A DNA stretch of 64,000 nucleotides from Haliotis cracherodii (Eukaryota). Under the pieces are notes generated by a model. The model saw only the letters and a list, made by a program, of their open reading frames with translations, ran no database searches and was not told the origin of the DNA. Of this stretch, positions 38,376-51,994 are shown one piece after another; position 1 is the stretch's first letter; each line of letters opens with the position of its first letter. The translations under genes and the position numbers were made by a program. Location: positions 52,266,001-52,330,000 of the forward strand of contig NW_027266319.1 in NCBI RefSeq assembly GCF_022045235.1, in the 5' to 3' direction.

Positions 38376-41300
38376 ACAACGCTTTCAGGTCACCTAACGT
38401 TTATTCTTTGATAAGCCGTGAACTTCCCCTTGTGAAATGCCATCCTTTCAATGATGCTCTTGAAATCAATGTGCCACTTTGACTTTCACCATCATCATCC
38501 TATTAAGCTTAATGTTGCATTAACCAAATGATAACTCCACAAACGAATGTTCCCAAGCACACTACCAAAAACATTCCTGATTCATCAGCTTTGAGCTGGA
38601 ACTTTTATGTTTTGCGTAGGTTGAAGTCTAATAGAGCTTTATGTACGTACAGAACAAAATAGCGGTATGTTAGTTGATACCCATCTCAATCATAACCGAT
38701 CCTTTGATCAACGATTTTACTGCAATCGGTTTATGACAGTGGCTACTTTGGGGAAGGTAATACAGGTTGCTCTCTGGTAGTTGGTTTCGTGTTTAGCTCG
38801 TCTGTGTCAAGAATCCTGTTCCACGTTATATTACAACGCAGCTGGGGTTGGGGTTAGCTGTTGTCATTGGCAATAAATAGATCAGATATTTAATGGCCCT
38901 GTCATTCTTCTACCTGGGTGGCCCGACTGGTAGGCACCAACGGTTCCCATCACCGTCAACCAATGAGATTCTGATGCAATGTTAAATGGTATTTTTTTAC
39001 TCACTAACTGAACTAATGGCTTGTTACGCTGTTCGTTGATACGGCCAATAATTGTCTAACTTAATGAGAAATCGATGCCTGTTAATGCAGGTGAGTGTTA
39101 TGTAAGATGCAGAATTAATCCGTGTTTGGTGTATTGTACTCGGTGCATGCGGAAGCACCAATGTCATTCAGGGACAATCGGAGTACTGCGAGGATCTTAC
39201 GGAAACATGCCTCGATGATGAATGGTGTAATTACTGTGGTCATTTTGGCATTTGATACAGTGGACACTAGCACGTTTGTGTTCTATATATATGCCAACGT
39301 ATATCAGGCTATTTCATTGAAGCTGACCGAGAAGCTAATCAAGCGAACGTCACGCGGATTTTACAATGTCTGGTTCCGTGAATAACTAGATTGTGGCTGA
39401 TGTGTTGCGGAGAAGGAAATCACACTAATGTAAACAATTCCAGCCTTTCCATGCCGTCACGAAAGGTACAGTACTTGAATTAAATGTGAAAGTATCACCA
39501 GTATTGAGTACGTCTTCTTTTAAGATATATTTAATCTTGAAATTAGCATATAATATCCAAAAACTGAACTGTACTGACGCTTAGTCAACACTCAAAGAAT
39601 AACTTTTTTAAATAAAATTTGATTAAAACAGCATTTTAAAAATTCTAAAACAGTTTGCATTATACACAACGGCTGACATTTGATCTTTGAAAATTCATCA
39701 ATTCGACTTTTTTCAGCACAAATTTACATTTGGAACATGCTGGGGGTCAAGTGTTTGTAAATTAATTTCTTACCCCAGTCTTCTTTTAACCGATTTCTTT
39801 TAACACAAAATTACGACCCACTGAAGAAGGCTGGACTCAACTTCTTCTTCCCTTTCAATCTGAGGTTATGCCACCGTATATCAACATATCAACGACTTGC
39901 CTTTTTTCTAGTCTTCATTTTGTTCAGATTTCCTAATCATGTTCTGAGAATTATGTCAGCAGAAGGTATAGGCCATTTGTTAAATAGGTTCTTCAGTGTT
40001 TGACGTACATCAACTGCAATAGAGTGAATGCGTTTGGTTCAACGCCGCTATGAGAGGAAAGCCCAAAGTTATAGAGGATTTAGACATTTACCAGTGTTGT
40101 GAAACGTGCATAGGTATGGTGCTGACGAACCTCAAAACATAATCAGGGCGAACCGGGATTAGAACTCACCATCATAGGTTCCTTGAGTGCCCAAGGGCCG
40201 CAACTCAACACAGTAGCCTCGTATGCGACAGTTATTTCCAGACTTCACCATTGCGCACTTCATGTTCTTAAGCATCATGTTCCTGGTGATGAAAAACCCC
40301 TGTTGTGATGCAGACAGAACAGTCAATTACATTACCGCACATACAACTTCTTTGTAAGTCAAGGAGCATCTCGTTCCATCTAAATCATGCAAAGGGTTTT
40401 GTTCACAAACACGATTCAATCTTTCCAAAACACAATAAACTGACATTATTTTTTCAAAAATAATGACAAAATCGCATTGTAAAATGAAACGACTGGATTT
40501 ATTTTGACAAAAGCCAAAACCTTATTACAATCTATCGACCTGTTCGGCCTGAAAAAAACTTATCGTCAAAGCAAACTCTGAACTTATGGTTGGAATATTC
40601 GTTTTTGCCAAAGCCTTGTGTTTTCTTATGACGATAATGATCAAAGGCAAGGACGTCAAAACTAAACTCCGAGCATCGCTGGGCGTCTTTTCGAGGAATC
40701 CTTTAAGAAAAAACCCTGATGCTTTATATTGTAATTGATTATGGCAGTGCACATCTCCCGTTTGGCAATCTGAAGCACAATTACATAGCCGCCTGTTTGA
40801 GGATTACGTCGTTCTATGCCAATTACTGAATAAATTACAGGTTTTTCTAAGCAAATACGCTCCTTTAGAGTAATTACTGTTTCCTGCGCGTACATGTGCC
40901 AGCCCCAGTGGACGCTGCGTACCTCAAGTCTGGTTCTCTGTCCACTCTGCGCAAAATTCCTGCGTCATCTGCAACCGAATGCGATCTTGTTTAACGATCC
41001 GAGTTCTTTCATCTGTATGTTTCGCCTATTCTTGTTACTTGTAGTTTTTGTGCGTATATTTACAATACGTATGATTACAGGATTGTGTCGAATCCAATTA
41101 AGACACGCTATAATAGTTGCAGGGTGAGACCCCCTTGGTATCGTGTACGAACATCTTTAAGCAGTTGTTGAGCTTGACCAGGGTATCAATATTTGAATGT
41201 ATTTCAGTTATCATGGAGTCTCGTGTTGAGGTACGCAGCGATGGTTTTATCGTAGTGACTACATGCAGCCTAGAGTTGATGCCATCTTAATCAAGACATA

Positions 41301-44300
41301 AATGAAACGTGTTTCGTATTTCTATGGGTGATTCCTAATTTGCATCGTAATTAAATTACTATTACTAGATCAGTTAGCACTATAACCGTGGTCTTGTGTT
41401 TCATCCAAGTAGTAAACGTCTTACATCCATACCACTTCATGTTGTTCCGTGTTGCCGTGATATGCTGAAATGATCTTCAGAGCTGCGCTAAACAAAACTC
41501 AGTGGACAGTGGAATGTCGGTGGTTCGATCCCCTAGCCGCGTCATACTATGAGACGCTAAAAGATGGTACTTGTTGTTTACCTACCTGGCGTTCGGCATT
41601 AAAGTGATAAAACATATACAAGTCAGCATACAGTGTCTGAGTGGGGTATACATGTTAAACTGTAGCATGGCATCTCAGTGAGCTGGCACTATAACTACGG
41701 ACTAGTATAAACAGTTATATACACACACGCAGACTTGCACTTCGCTGTAGAAGTGCAATAATCTGGAACGTGATCTTAAACCCTTTCAGATGACGCTTTT
41801 AGGTCACCTAACGTTTATTCTTTGATAAGCAGTGAACTTGCCCTTGTGAAATGCCATCCTTTCAATAATGCTCTTGTAATCAATATGCCACTTTGACTTT
41901 CACTATCTTCATCCTATTTAGCTTAATGTTGCATTAACCAAATGATAACTCCACAAACGAATGCTAATGTTCCCAAGCACACTACCAAAAACATTACTGA
42001 TTCATCAGCTTTGAGCTGGAACTTTTATATTTTGCGTAGGTTGAAGTCTAATAGAGCTTTATGTACGTTCAGAACAAAATAGCGGTATGTTAGTTGATAC
42101 CCATCTCAATCATAACCGATCCTTTGATCAACGATTTTACTGCAATCGGTTTATGACAGTGGCTACTTTGGGGAAGGTAATACAGGTTGCTCTTTGGTAG
42201 TTGATTTCGTGTTTAGCTCGTCTGTGTCAAGAATCCTGTTCCACTTATGTTACAACGCAGCTGGGGTTGGGGTTAGCTGTTGTCATTGGCAATAAATAGA
42301 TCAGATATTTAATGGCCGTGTCATTCTTCTACCTGGGTGGCCCGACTGGTAGGCACCAACGGTTCCCATCACCGTCAACCAATGAGATTCTGATGCAATG
42401 TTAAATGGTATTTTTTTACTCACTAACTGAACTAATGGCTTGTTACGCTGTTCGTTGATACGGCCAATAATTGTCTAACTTAATGAGAAATCGATGCCTG
42501 TTAATGCAGGTGAGTGTTATGTAAGATGCAGAATTAATCCGTGTTTGGTGTATTGTACTCGGTGCATGCGGAAGCACCAATGTCATTCAGGGACAATCGG
42601 AGTACTGCGAGGATCTTACGGAAACATGCCTCGATGATGAATGGTGTAATTACTGTGGTCATTTTGGCATTTGATACAGTGGACACTAGCACGTTTGTGT
42701 TCTATATATATGCCAACGTATATCAGGCTATTTCATTGAAGCTGACCGAGAAGCTAATCAAGCGAACGTCACGCGGATTTTACAATGTCTGGTTCCGTGA
42801 ATAACTAGATTGTGGCTGATGTGTTGCGGAGAAGGAAATCACACTAATGTAAACAATTCCAGCCTTTCCATGCCGTCACGAAAGGTACAGTACTTGAATT
42901 AAATGTGAAAGTATCACCAGTATTGAGTACGTCTTCTTTTAAGATATATTTAATCTTGAAATTAGCATATAATATCCAAAAACTGAACTGTACTGACGCT
43001 TAGTCAACACTCAAAGAATAACTTTTTTAAATAAAATTTGATTAAAACAGCATTTTAAAAATTCTAAAACAGTTTGCATTATACACAACGGCTGACATTT
43101 GATCTTTGAAAATTCATCAATTCGACTTTTTTCAGCACAAATTTACATTTGGAACATGCTGGGGGTCAAGTGTTTGTAAATTAATTTCTTACCCCAGTCT
43201 TCTTTTAACCGATTTCTTTTAACACAAAATTACGACCCACTGAAGAAGGCTGGACTCAACTTCTTCTTCCCTTTCAATCTGAGGTTATGCCACCGTATAT
43301 CAACATATCAACGACTTGCCTTTTTTCTAGTCTTCATTTTGTTCAGATTTCCTAATCATGTTCTGAGAATTATGTCAGCAGAAGGTATAGGCCATTTGTT
43401 AAATAGGTTCTTCAGTGTTTGACGTACATCAACTGCAATAGAGTGAATGCGTTTGGTTCAACGCCGCTATGAGAGGAAAGCCCAAAGTTATAGAGGATTT
43501 AGACATTTACCAGTGTTGTGAAACGTGCATAGGTATGGTGCTGACGAACCTCAAAACATAATCAGGGCGAACCGGGATTAGAACTCACCATCATAGGTTC
43601 CTTGAGTGCCCAAGGGCCGCAACTCAACACAGTAGCCTCGTATGCGACAGTTATTTCCAGACTTCACCATTGCGCACTTCATGTTCTTAAGCATCATGTT
43701 CCTGGTGATGAAAAACCCCTGTTGTGATGCAGACAGAACAGTCAATTACATTACCGCACATACAACTTCTTTGTAAGTCAAGGAGCATCTCGTTCCATCT
43801 AAATCATGCAAAGGGTTTTGTTCACAAACACGATTCAATCTTTCCAAAACACAATAAACTGACATTATTTTTTCAAAAATAATGACAAAATCGCATTGTA
43901 AAATGAAACGACTGGATTTATTTTGACAAAAGCCAAAACCTTATTACAATCTATCGACCTGTTCGGCCTGAAAAAAACTTATCGTCAAAGCAAACTCTGA
44001 ACTTATGGTTGGAATATTCGTTTTTGCCAAAGCCTTGTGTTTTCTTATGACGATAATGATCAAAGGCAAGGACGTCAAAACTAAACTCCGAGCATCGCTG
44101 GGCGTCTTTTCGAGGAATCCTTTAAGAAAAAACCCTGATGCTTTATATTGTAATTGATTATGGCAGTGCACATCTCCCGTTTGGCAATCTGAAGCACAAT
44201 TACATAGCCGCCTGTTTGAGGATTACGTCGTTCTATGCCAATTACTGAATAAATTACAGGTTTTTCTAAGCAAATACGCTCCTTTAGAGTAATTACTGTT

Positions 44301-46438
44301 TCCTGCGCGTACATGTGCCAGCCCCAGTGGACGCTGCGTACCTCAAGTCTGGTTCTCTGTCCACTCTGCGCAAAATTCCTGCGTCATCTGCAACCGAATG
44401 CGATCTTGTTTAACGATCCGAGTTCTTTCATCTGTATGTTTCGCCTATTCTTGTTACTTGTAGTTTTTGTGCGTATATTTACAATACGTATGATTACAGG
44501 ATTGTGTCGAATCCAATTAAGACACGCTATAATAGTTGCAGGGTGAGACCCCCTTGGTATCGTGTACGAACATCTTTAAGCAGTTGTTGAGCTTGACCAG
44601 GGTATCAATATTTGAATGTATTTCAGTTATCATGGAGTCTCGTGTTGAGGTACGCAGCGATGGTTTTATCGTAGTGACTACATGCAGCCTAGAGTTGATG
44701 CCATCTTAATCAAGACATAAATGAAACGTGTTTCGTATTTCTATGGGTGATTCCTAATTTGCATCGTAATTAAATTACTATTACTAGATCAGTTAGCACT
44801 ATAACCGTGGTCTTGTGTTTCATCCAAGTAGTAAACGTCTTACATCCATACCACTTCATGTTGTTCCGTGTTGCCGTGATATGCTGAAATGATCTTCAGA
44901 GCTGCGCTAAACAAAACTCAGTGGACAGTGGAATGTCGGTGGTTCGATCCCCTAGCCGCGTCATACTATGAGACGCTAAAAGATGGTACTTGTTGTTTAC
45001 CTACCTGGCGTTCGGCATTAAAGTGATAAAACATATACAAGTCAGCATACAGTGTCTGAGTGGGGTATACATGTTAAACTGTAGCATGGCATCTCAGTGA
45101 GCTGGCACTATAACTACGGACTAGTATAAACAGTTATATACACACACGCAGACTTGCACTTCGCTGTAGAAGTGCAATAATCTGGAACGTGATCTTAAAC
45201 CCTTTCAGATGACGCTTTTAGGTCACCTAACGTTTATTCTTTGATAAGCAGTGAACTTGCCCTTGTGAAATGCCATCCTTTCAATAATGCTCTTGTAATC
45301 AATATGCCACTTTGACTTTCACTATCTTCATCCTATTTAGCTTAATGTTGCATTAACCAAATGATAACTCCACAAACGAATGCTAATGTTCCCAAGCACA
45401 CTACCAAAAACATTACTGATTCATCAGCTTTGAGCTGGAACTTTTATATTTTGCGTAGGTTGAAGTCTAATAGAGCTTTATGTACGTTCAGAACAAAATA
45501 GCGGTATGTTAGTTGATACCCATCTCAATCATAACCGATCCTTTGATCAACGATTTTACTGCAATCGGTTTATGACAGTGGCTACTTTGGGGAAGGTAAT
45601 ACAGGTTGCTCTTTGGTAGTTGATTTCGTGTTTAGCTCGTCTGTGTCAAGAATCCTGTTCCACTTATGTTACAACGCAGCTGGGGTTGGGGTTAGCTGTT
45701 GTCATTGGCAATAAATAGATCAGATATTTAATGGCCGTGTCATTCTTCTACCTGGGTGGCCCGACTGGTAGGCACCAACGGTTCCCATCACCGTCAACCA
45801 ATGAGATTCTGATGCAATGTTAAATCATGGTATTTTCAACTCTGTAACTCTTCTAAAGGCTTGTTACGCTGTTCGTTGATACGGCCAATAATTGTCTAAC
45901 TTAATGAGAAATCGATGCCTGTTAATGCAGGTGAGTGTTATGTAAGAAGCAGAATTAAACCGTGTTTGGTGTATTGTACTCAGTGCATGCGGAAGCACCA
46001 ATGTCATTCAGGGACAATCGGAGTACTGCGAGGATCTTACGGAAACATGCCTCGATGATGAATGGTGTAATTACTGCGGTCATTTTGGCATTTGATACAG
46101 TGGACACAAGCACGTTTGTGTTCTATATATATGCCAACGTATATCAGGCTATTTCATTGAAGCTGACCGATGAGATAATCAAGCGAACGTCACGCGGATT
46201 TTACAATGTCTGGTTCCGTGAATAACTAGATTGTGGCTGATGTGTTGCGGACAAGGAAATCACACTAATGTAAACAATTCCAGCCTTTCCATGCCGTCAC
46301 GAAAGGTACAGTACTTGAATTAAATGTGAAAGTATCACCAGTATTGAGTATGCCTTCTTTTAAGATATATTTTGATATATATGTTAAAAGAATCGTGTTT
46401 CTATTACAGTGACATAATTGTACACTGTTTTGACAATG

Positions 46439-47524
46439 TGTAACAGCGGTACTCTGGTCCTCTCAAAGATAAGAGAGTACTTGTTGGGTTCAAGGGATTT
46501 ATTTTCAATGGGCGTAGAGAACTACACGGTAGTCCGGATCTGCCCTAAAACATACATAACTTGATATAAATATCATGGGTATCATTATAAAGGCACTATA
46601 TAACAACAATACTAATTATACATTTCAATCTATAATTCCTTACTTTTGGCATATATATATATTAACAAATCCTTCCACATAAAACAAATTACACTCTATA
46701 TATATATACAATTAATAATGCATAATTAATAAAACATAAATAGCATACCTCGTCTCAGGGACGCAGGCTGGAAACTCTCTTATGGAGACGTGCAGTGAAA
46801 TAGCCCTGCACAAATAAGTATACTACATATAAGTACATGTATACTACTTATAAATATATCACATAGCCACAGTTACACTAGCATGTATGGAATACGAGCA
46901 TTATAAATTCTACAAAATACTATACATATATACATGATACATATACATATATCACTTCTAACCAATTTAAACCTATTTTATATATAAATGTACATTTGGC
47001 TATTACCTCAGTCAAATACACAGTTAAGTTGAATAAAGAATACACTACAATGTCATAATACAATGCTAGCTAAAATACTATATCCAACAACCATGATTAA
47101 AATACATAACCTAAGCTCCCAGATAAATAAAGTAATAATTAAATGAACTTACCCTATATGATTCAGTGTAGAGAACGTGTTGAGAAAATAGGTGTTGACT
47201 GACCAGTAGAAGTGTGATCAGTGTCCCCACATAATTGCAGAGAACATGCAACAAAGCTAGATCACAAAGAGCACCTAATCACAGGCCAAGCCTGTGACCA
47301 ACCCATTGACAATAGCCAAGAAAGAAATGTCTGAACTACCCAAGCTATATACAGAACTAGCTTACCTGTGAATTAGTAGATTTGTGCAAGTGCTGAAGTT
47401 AACACAAGTATTTAGGAACATAAATGTTAAATATTTAGGTTAGCTTATTAATTTAATTCATGTTTGGTTACTATGATGATACTTTAAAATCTAACAATAT
47501 TCTATTTACAAGCATACTGCTACA
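46439..47524 (-). repeat. 3' LTR (1086 bp)
   Basis: Direct repeat of 54130-55215. Confidence 0.98.
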
Positions 47525-47536
47525 TTCTCCCCTGCC
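47525..47536 (-). promoter_or_regulatory. Polypurine tract
   Basis: GGCAGGGGAGAA immediately before the TG of the 3' LTR on the minus strand. Confidence 0.9.
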
Positions 47537-47563
47537 ACAGAAAATGGCGTCCCGAAATATATT

Positions 47564-50500
47564 CTATGTTACAGCAGAACCAGTTATCAGAAATAGCATA
47601 GCCTTGTAGGCGTCTTCTGGGAGGTCCTGCAAAAGTCTGCCTTCAGCTAGAGTCTTAAGAAATGATGCTCTTGTTTTCCAGTCTGTCAACAATGTTGGTG
47701 CTTGACTCATACAAAACTCTCCTCTTCCCATCCAGGCTGGCGGCTGACGCTGTCTTGTAGATCGCCTAGGTGGTAGAGTTGGTAGAACTCTCTTAGGCAC
47801 CCTAATAGGTTCTGGATCTGGTTCTGGATCTGTTTTTGGATCTGGTTCTGGTTCTGGTTCCTGTTCTGGCTCTGGTTCTGGTTCCTGTTCCGGCTTTGCC
47901 GCTCCTTCTTCCTCAGCTTCCAGTTGAGGACTATCACCAGCTGTGGAATTACCTCCTTCTTCCCCCTCTTGAACCATTGCAGCAGTGGAATCTTCTAATT
48001 CCACATCTACATAGGTTTCATGTCCATCTGCTTCAGCTTGTGGGGCAGCATTTGACGGAATGCTAACCACTGAAGACACATCACTCAGGTCCACAGGTTG
48101 TGACTCAACCAGTACTATGGGATCATCGTCAGACTCGCTGTCTGATAGTGATTGGGTCGACTCTTGTTCCTTCACTATTGGTCCCAGGTACTTCGTTCTT
48201 GGCTTTGGAACGGGAACCGTCCTATTCATGTCAGTGTTGATCTCTAGTGAACCCACTGGCAGCAACAAGTTTCGATGAAGCGTCCTTAGCCGTCCATCTC
48301 CATCTTCCTTTTGTACACAGTACACTGGGATTTCTGGGTTGGGCTGGTCCCTCACAACATATGTGCTTTCTTCCCACTTGTCTGCCAGTTTGTGCTTTCC
48401 ATCAAATGCAAGCTGCTTCACTAAGACTCTGTCTCCAATGTTGAGAATGGCTCCTCTGATCTTGATGTCATACCTACTCTTCTGTCTCTCCCTGGCTCTA
48501 TGTGCAGCAGCTGTTGCAAACTTGTAGGAGTCAGCAAGCCGTTGGCGCAGATCTTTGATGTAGGTGGTCTTAGATTGTCTACCTTGTGGAGAACCTATTC
48601 CAAATGCAATGTCAACAGGTAAACGTGGCTGTCTGCCAAACATAAGAAAAAAAAGGACTTTCTCCGGTCGATTCATGTCGTGTTGCATTGTAAGCATGAA
48701 CGAGTGGTGCTACATATGACTTCCAGTTGGTCTTCTGGGATGGTTGCAAAGAACCTAACATACTTATCAGTGTCCGATTGAATCTTTCTGTCATTCCATT
48801 TCCTTGTGGGTGGTAAGGTGTGGTCCTGCTTTTTTTTATTCCCGCCAGCTTACATAGTTCCTTGATTAGGTTACTCTCAAAGTTGGCGCCTTGATCTGCA
48901 TGTAGTCTTTGTGGGAAGCCATAGTGTACAAAGAAGTTGTTAAATAGGACTTCTGCAGTGGTCTTCGCAGTCATGTTCCTAGTAGGGTAGGCCTGAGCAT
49001 ATCTTGTAAAATGGTCAGTCAGAACAAGAATATGTTGATATCCTCCCTTTGACATCTCCAGTGTAAGGAAGTCGACGCAAACTAACTCAAGAGCTGGCTG
49101 GTAGTGATGGAGAGAAGAGGAGCTCTGGCTTCTGCTGGTGTTCTTCTGAAGCATCTGTCACAGTTTTTTATCCACTGATCCACATCTTTAGCCATTCCAG
49201 GCCAGTAAAATCTGTCCCTGCAGAGAGCTAGAGTCCGATCTCGGCCGAGATGTCCAATCTCATCATGAAGTCCGTTTAGTGTTCTTTTGATGAATTCTGC
49301 TGGGAGAACAAGTTGCTTCCTTTCTTCTCCATCCATGGTAGTAATTCTGTACAACACTCCCTGTTGTAATTGGAGATGACTGAATTCTCTGAGAAGACCA
49401 GTAGGAATATCCTCTGGTATCGTGTGGTGATGTAGTCCGTCAATGACTCTGTTGAGTACTGGATCCCTGTCTTGTGCTTTCCTCCAATCCCTTAGAGTGA
49501 AGCTAGATATGTTGTTCCTGTATTCAACGTCGTCATCTGCAATAACTTCAGCTGCAAAGCATAAACTCTCAATGTAGTTAGATGTCTGACAACTATTGCA
49601 GATCGCCTTTACAGATGTAGTAGCTATAGTATCTGTCTCTTCTTCTTGTGGCAACCTTGAGAGCGCATCAGCATCTATGTTACCTTTTCCTGGACGATAC
49701 TTAATATCAAAGTTGAATGCGGAAAGAGCTGCAATCCACCTGTGTCCAGTAGCATCCAATTTGGCTGTAGTCAAAACGTATGTGAGAGGGTTGTTGTCCG
49801 TCAGTACAGTGAACTGATTTCCGTAGAGATAGTCATAAAATTTCTCCGATACTGCCCATTTTAATGCTAGGAACTCCAACTTGTGTGCTGGGTAGTTCCT
49901 CTCTGCTTTATTCAGACCTCTGCTGGCATAGGCGATGACTCTCTTTTGTCCTTCTTGTTCTTGGTAGAGAATGGCACCTAATCCGAGTGAACTTGCATCT
50001 GTATGAACTTCAAAAGGAAGACCATAATTTGCATATCCAAGAATAGGTGGCTTTGACAAAGCATCTTTCAGTTGCTTGAAGGCTGATTCCTGATCCTGAC
50101 CCCAAGTCCATTTAACTTTCAAGTCTGTTTTCTTCTTGAAGCGATTATTCTTCACAGTTGGAGGGAGCAACTGTGAGAGAGGCCAAGCGATATTAGAGAA
50201 ATTCTTAACAAATTTTCTGTAGTATCCGGCAAACCCAAGGAATTGACGAACTTCCTCTGGACTCTTAGGAGTTGGCCAATTCAGTACCTTCTCAATCTTT
50301 GCAGGGTCAGTTTGAACTCCATTTGCTGATACAATGTGGCCGACAAACTTTGCTTGTTCTTGTAAGAAGTTACACTTCTTGGGTGCCAACTTTATTCCAC
50401 TTTTCCTCAGACGTTGGAAAATCCTTTCTAATCGAATGAGATGCTCTTCAAAAGTATCAGAAAACACGATGAGATCATCCAGGTATATCATGCAAATTTC

Positions 50501-51994
50501 CAAATGAAGATCTCCTAACATATGTTCCATCTGGCGTTGATATGTAGCTGGAGCATTTACGAGTCCAAAAGGCAAGCGATTGTACTCATAAAACCCAAGA
50601 GGTCCAACTGTAAAGGCTGTTCTTGCTTTGTGACCTTCCTCTATTTCTATCTGATGGTAGCCCGACTTCATGTCCATAACAGTGAAAAACTTGGATCCTG
50701 CAAGTCTGTCAAAGATTTCTTCTGCGCGTGGTAAAGCGTAGGCATCTTTAACCGTGCAACGGTTGAGTGATCTAAAATCTATACACATACGCAGAGATCC
50801 ATCAGCCTTGCGTACAAGGACTACATTAGATGCCCATGGGCTATAAGAACGTCTGATGATTCCACAAGCAAGTAACTGTTGGAGATGGTCCTTCACCTCT
50901 TGAAACATAGATGGCGGTATGCGTCGATGTCTTTCCTTGAATGGTGTAGGGTCTGTCAACTCAATCCGATGTTTCACATCAGTGTAGTGGCCAACATCTA
51001 AATCTCCTGTTGAAAATACATCGCTGTATTTCTGAATTAACTCTTCACCCATCTTCTTCTGTTCATCAGTAACTTTATGAGATATGTTCACCTTGTCCAG
51101 TGGGTGCTGTTTTACTTCAGTGGCAATCTGTTCCAAGTTGATGGGTGCAACTTTCTCAATTTGGACTGGTTGTATCTCACAGATGATTGTCCTAGGGGAA
51201 ACAACTATGGTCTGGTTGGTCAGGTTTGACAATTGAACAGGAACTTGTAGTGATCGCTTGTACTGGTAGCGGAATAATGCAGGAGTTATCTCTATCCCCG
51301 GTGATATACATGTCTTCTTGGCTGGATGAAGCATAACACAAGTTTCTCTATAAGGCAGTTCCTTGTAGAGTGAACACTTGACTGTTACAGTTCTGTTGGG
51401 AGGTACAACTACTTTTGACACCTCACAGCTACGCATAAGTCCAAGGGTCCCATCTTTCCTTTTAAGTTCCTTGTCCTGCAAAATGATACTCCTAAAGGCA
51501 AGATACCAAGGTGTGTGCATTTTGCTGACTTGAAGAAAGTTAGGTCCAGTTGCCTCCCTGCAGCTCTCAAGAGCTGGGATAAGGTAATTAGTCCCCAGTA
51601 AAACAGGTACACTCTTGTTGTACTCACTGTCTGGGATGACTAACAATAAACAATTACTTTTGAGACCTGGAGATAACCCAGTAGTTTCAACTGGAACTTC
51701 CACATATCCCATATAAGGCAATGCCTCACCATCAGCACATTCAATACGAATGAAATCACCTAAGGTCTTAATCTCCAATGATGATAAACACTCCTTATGG
51801 AAACTTTCCGGGATAGTTGACACTGATGATCCTGTATCTAGGAGGGCCTTATGTGAAACACCATTGATGATGACATTTGTCTCGTTAGCTGTTCCAATCA
51901 ATCCAGCTGGTATCTTGGAATGGACGACTTCAGTGGAGCTCTGTCTGAAAGAACCTAATGTCTGCCCCTTGACATTGGTCCTCTGCCATTTAAA
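47564..51994 (-). CDS. pol: Gypsy Pol polyprotein (protease, RT, RNase H, integrase with long acidic tail), broken by two single-base frameshifts (~49095 and ~48650)
   Basis: ALLDTGS (PR), YLDDL (RT), TDAS...ELE-like KLEFLA/TDN (RH), H-x4-H...C-x2-C and VDF/DQG/ERFN (IN). ORFs 49082-52060, 48612-49154 and 47564-48697. Confidence 0.96.
51945..51994 (-). promoter_or_regulatory. Putative -1 ribosomal frameshift signal (gag-pol)
   Basis: Slippery heptamer T TTA AAT in the gag frame (51994-51988) followed by stem-loop AGAGGACC-AATGTC/GACATT-A-GGTTCTTT; pol lies in the -1 frame. Confidence 0.75.

Noticed and set aside
38690-38790. SECIS element that might recode in-frame TGA codons in the array unit
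   Set aside because: No proper AUGA/GA quartet with an apical AA on the relevant strand; an in-frame TAA is also present.
39210-39330. C/D box snoRNA (ATGATGA...CTGA) in each array unit
   Set aside because: The terminal stem does not fit kink-turn geometry and varies between copies; no rRNA guide recognised.
39122-39385. Recurring 87-aa and 77-aa plus-strand ORFs in the array
   Set aside because: Recurrence reflects recent duplication only. The 87-aa ORF has a GTG start, both are frameshifted in copy 4, and no homology was recognised.
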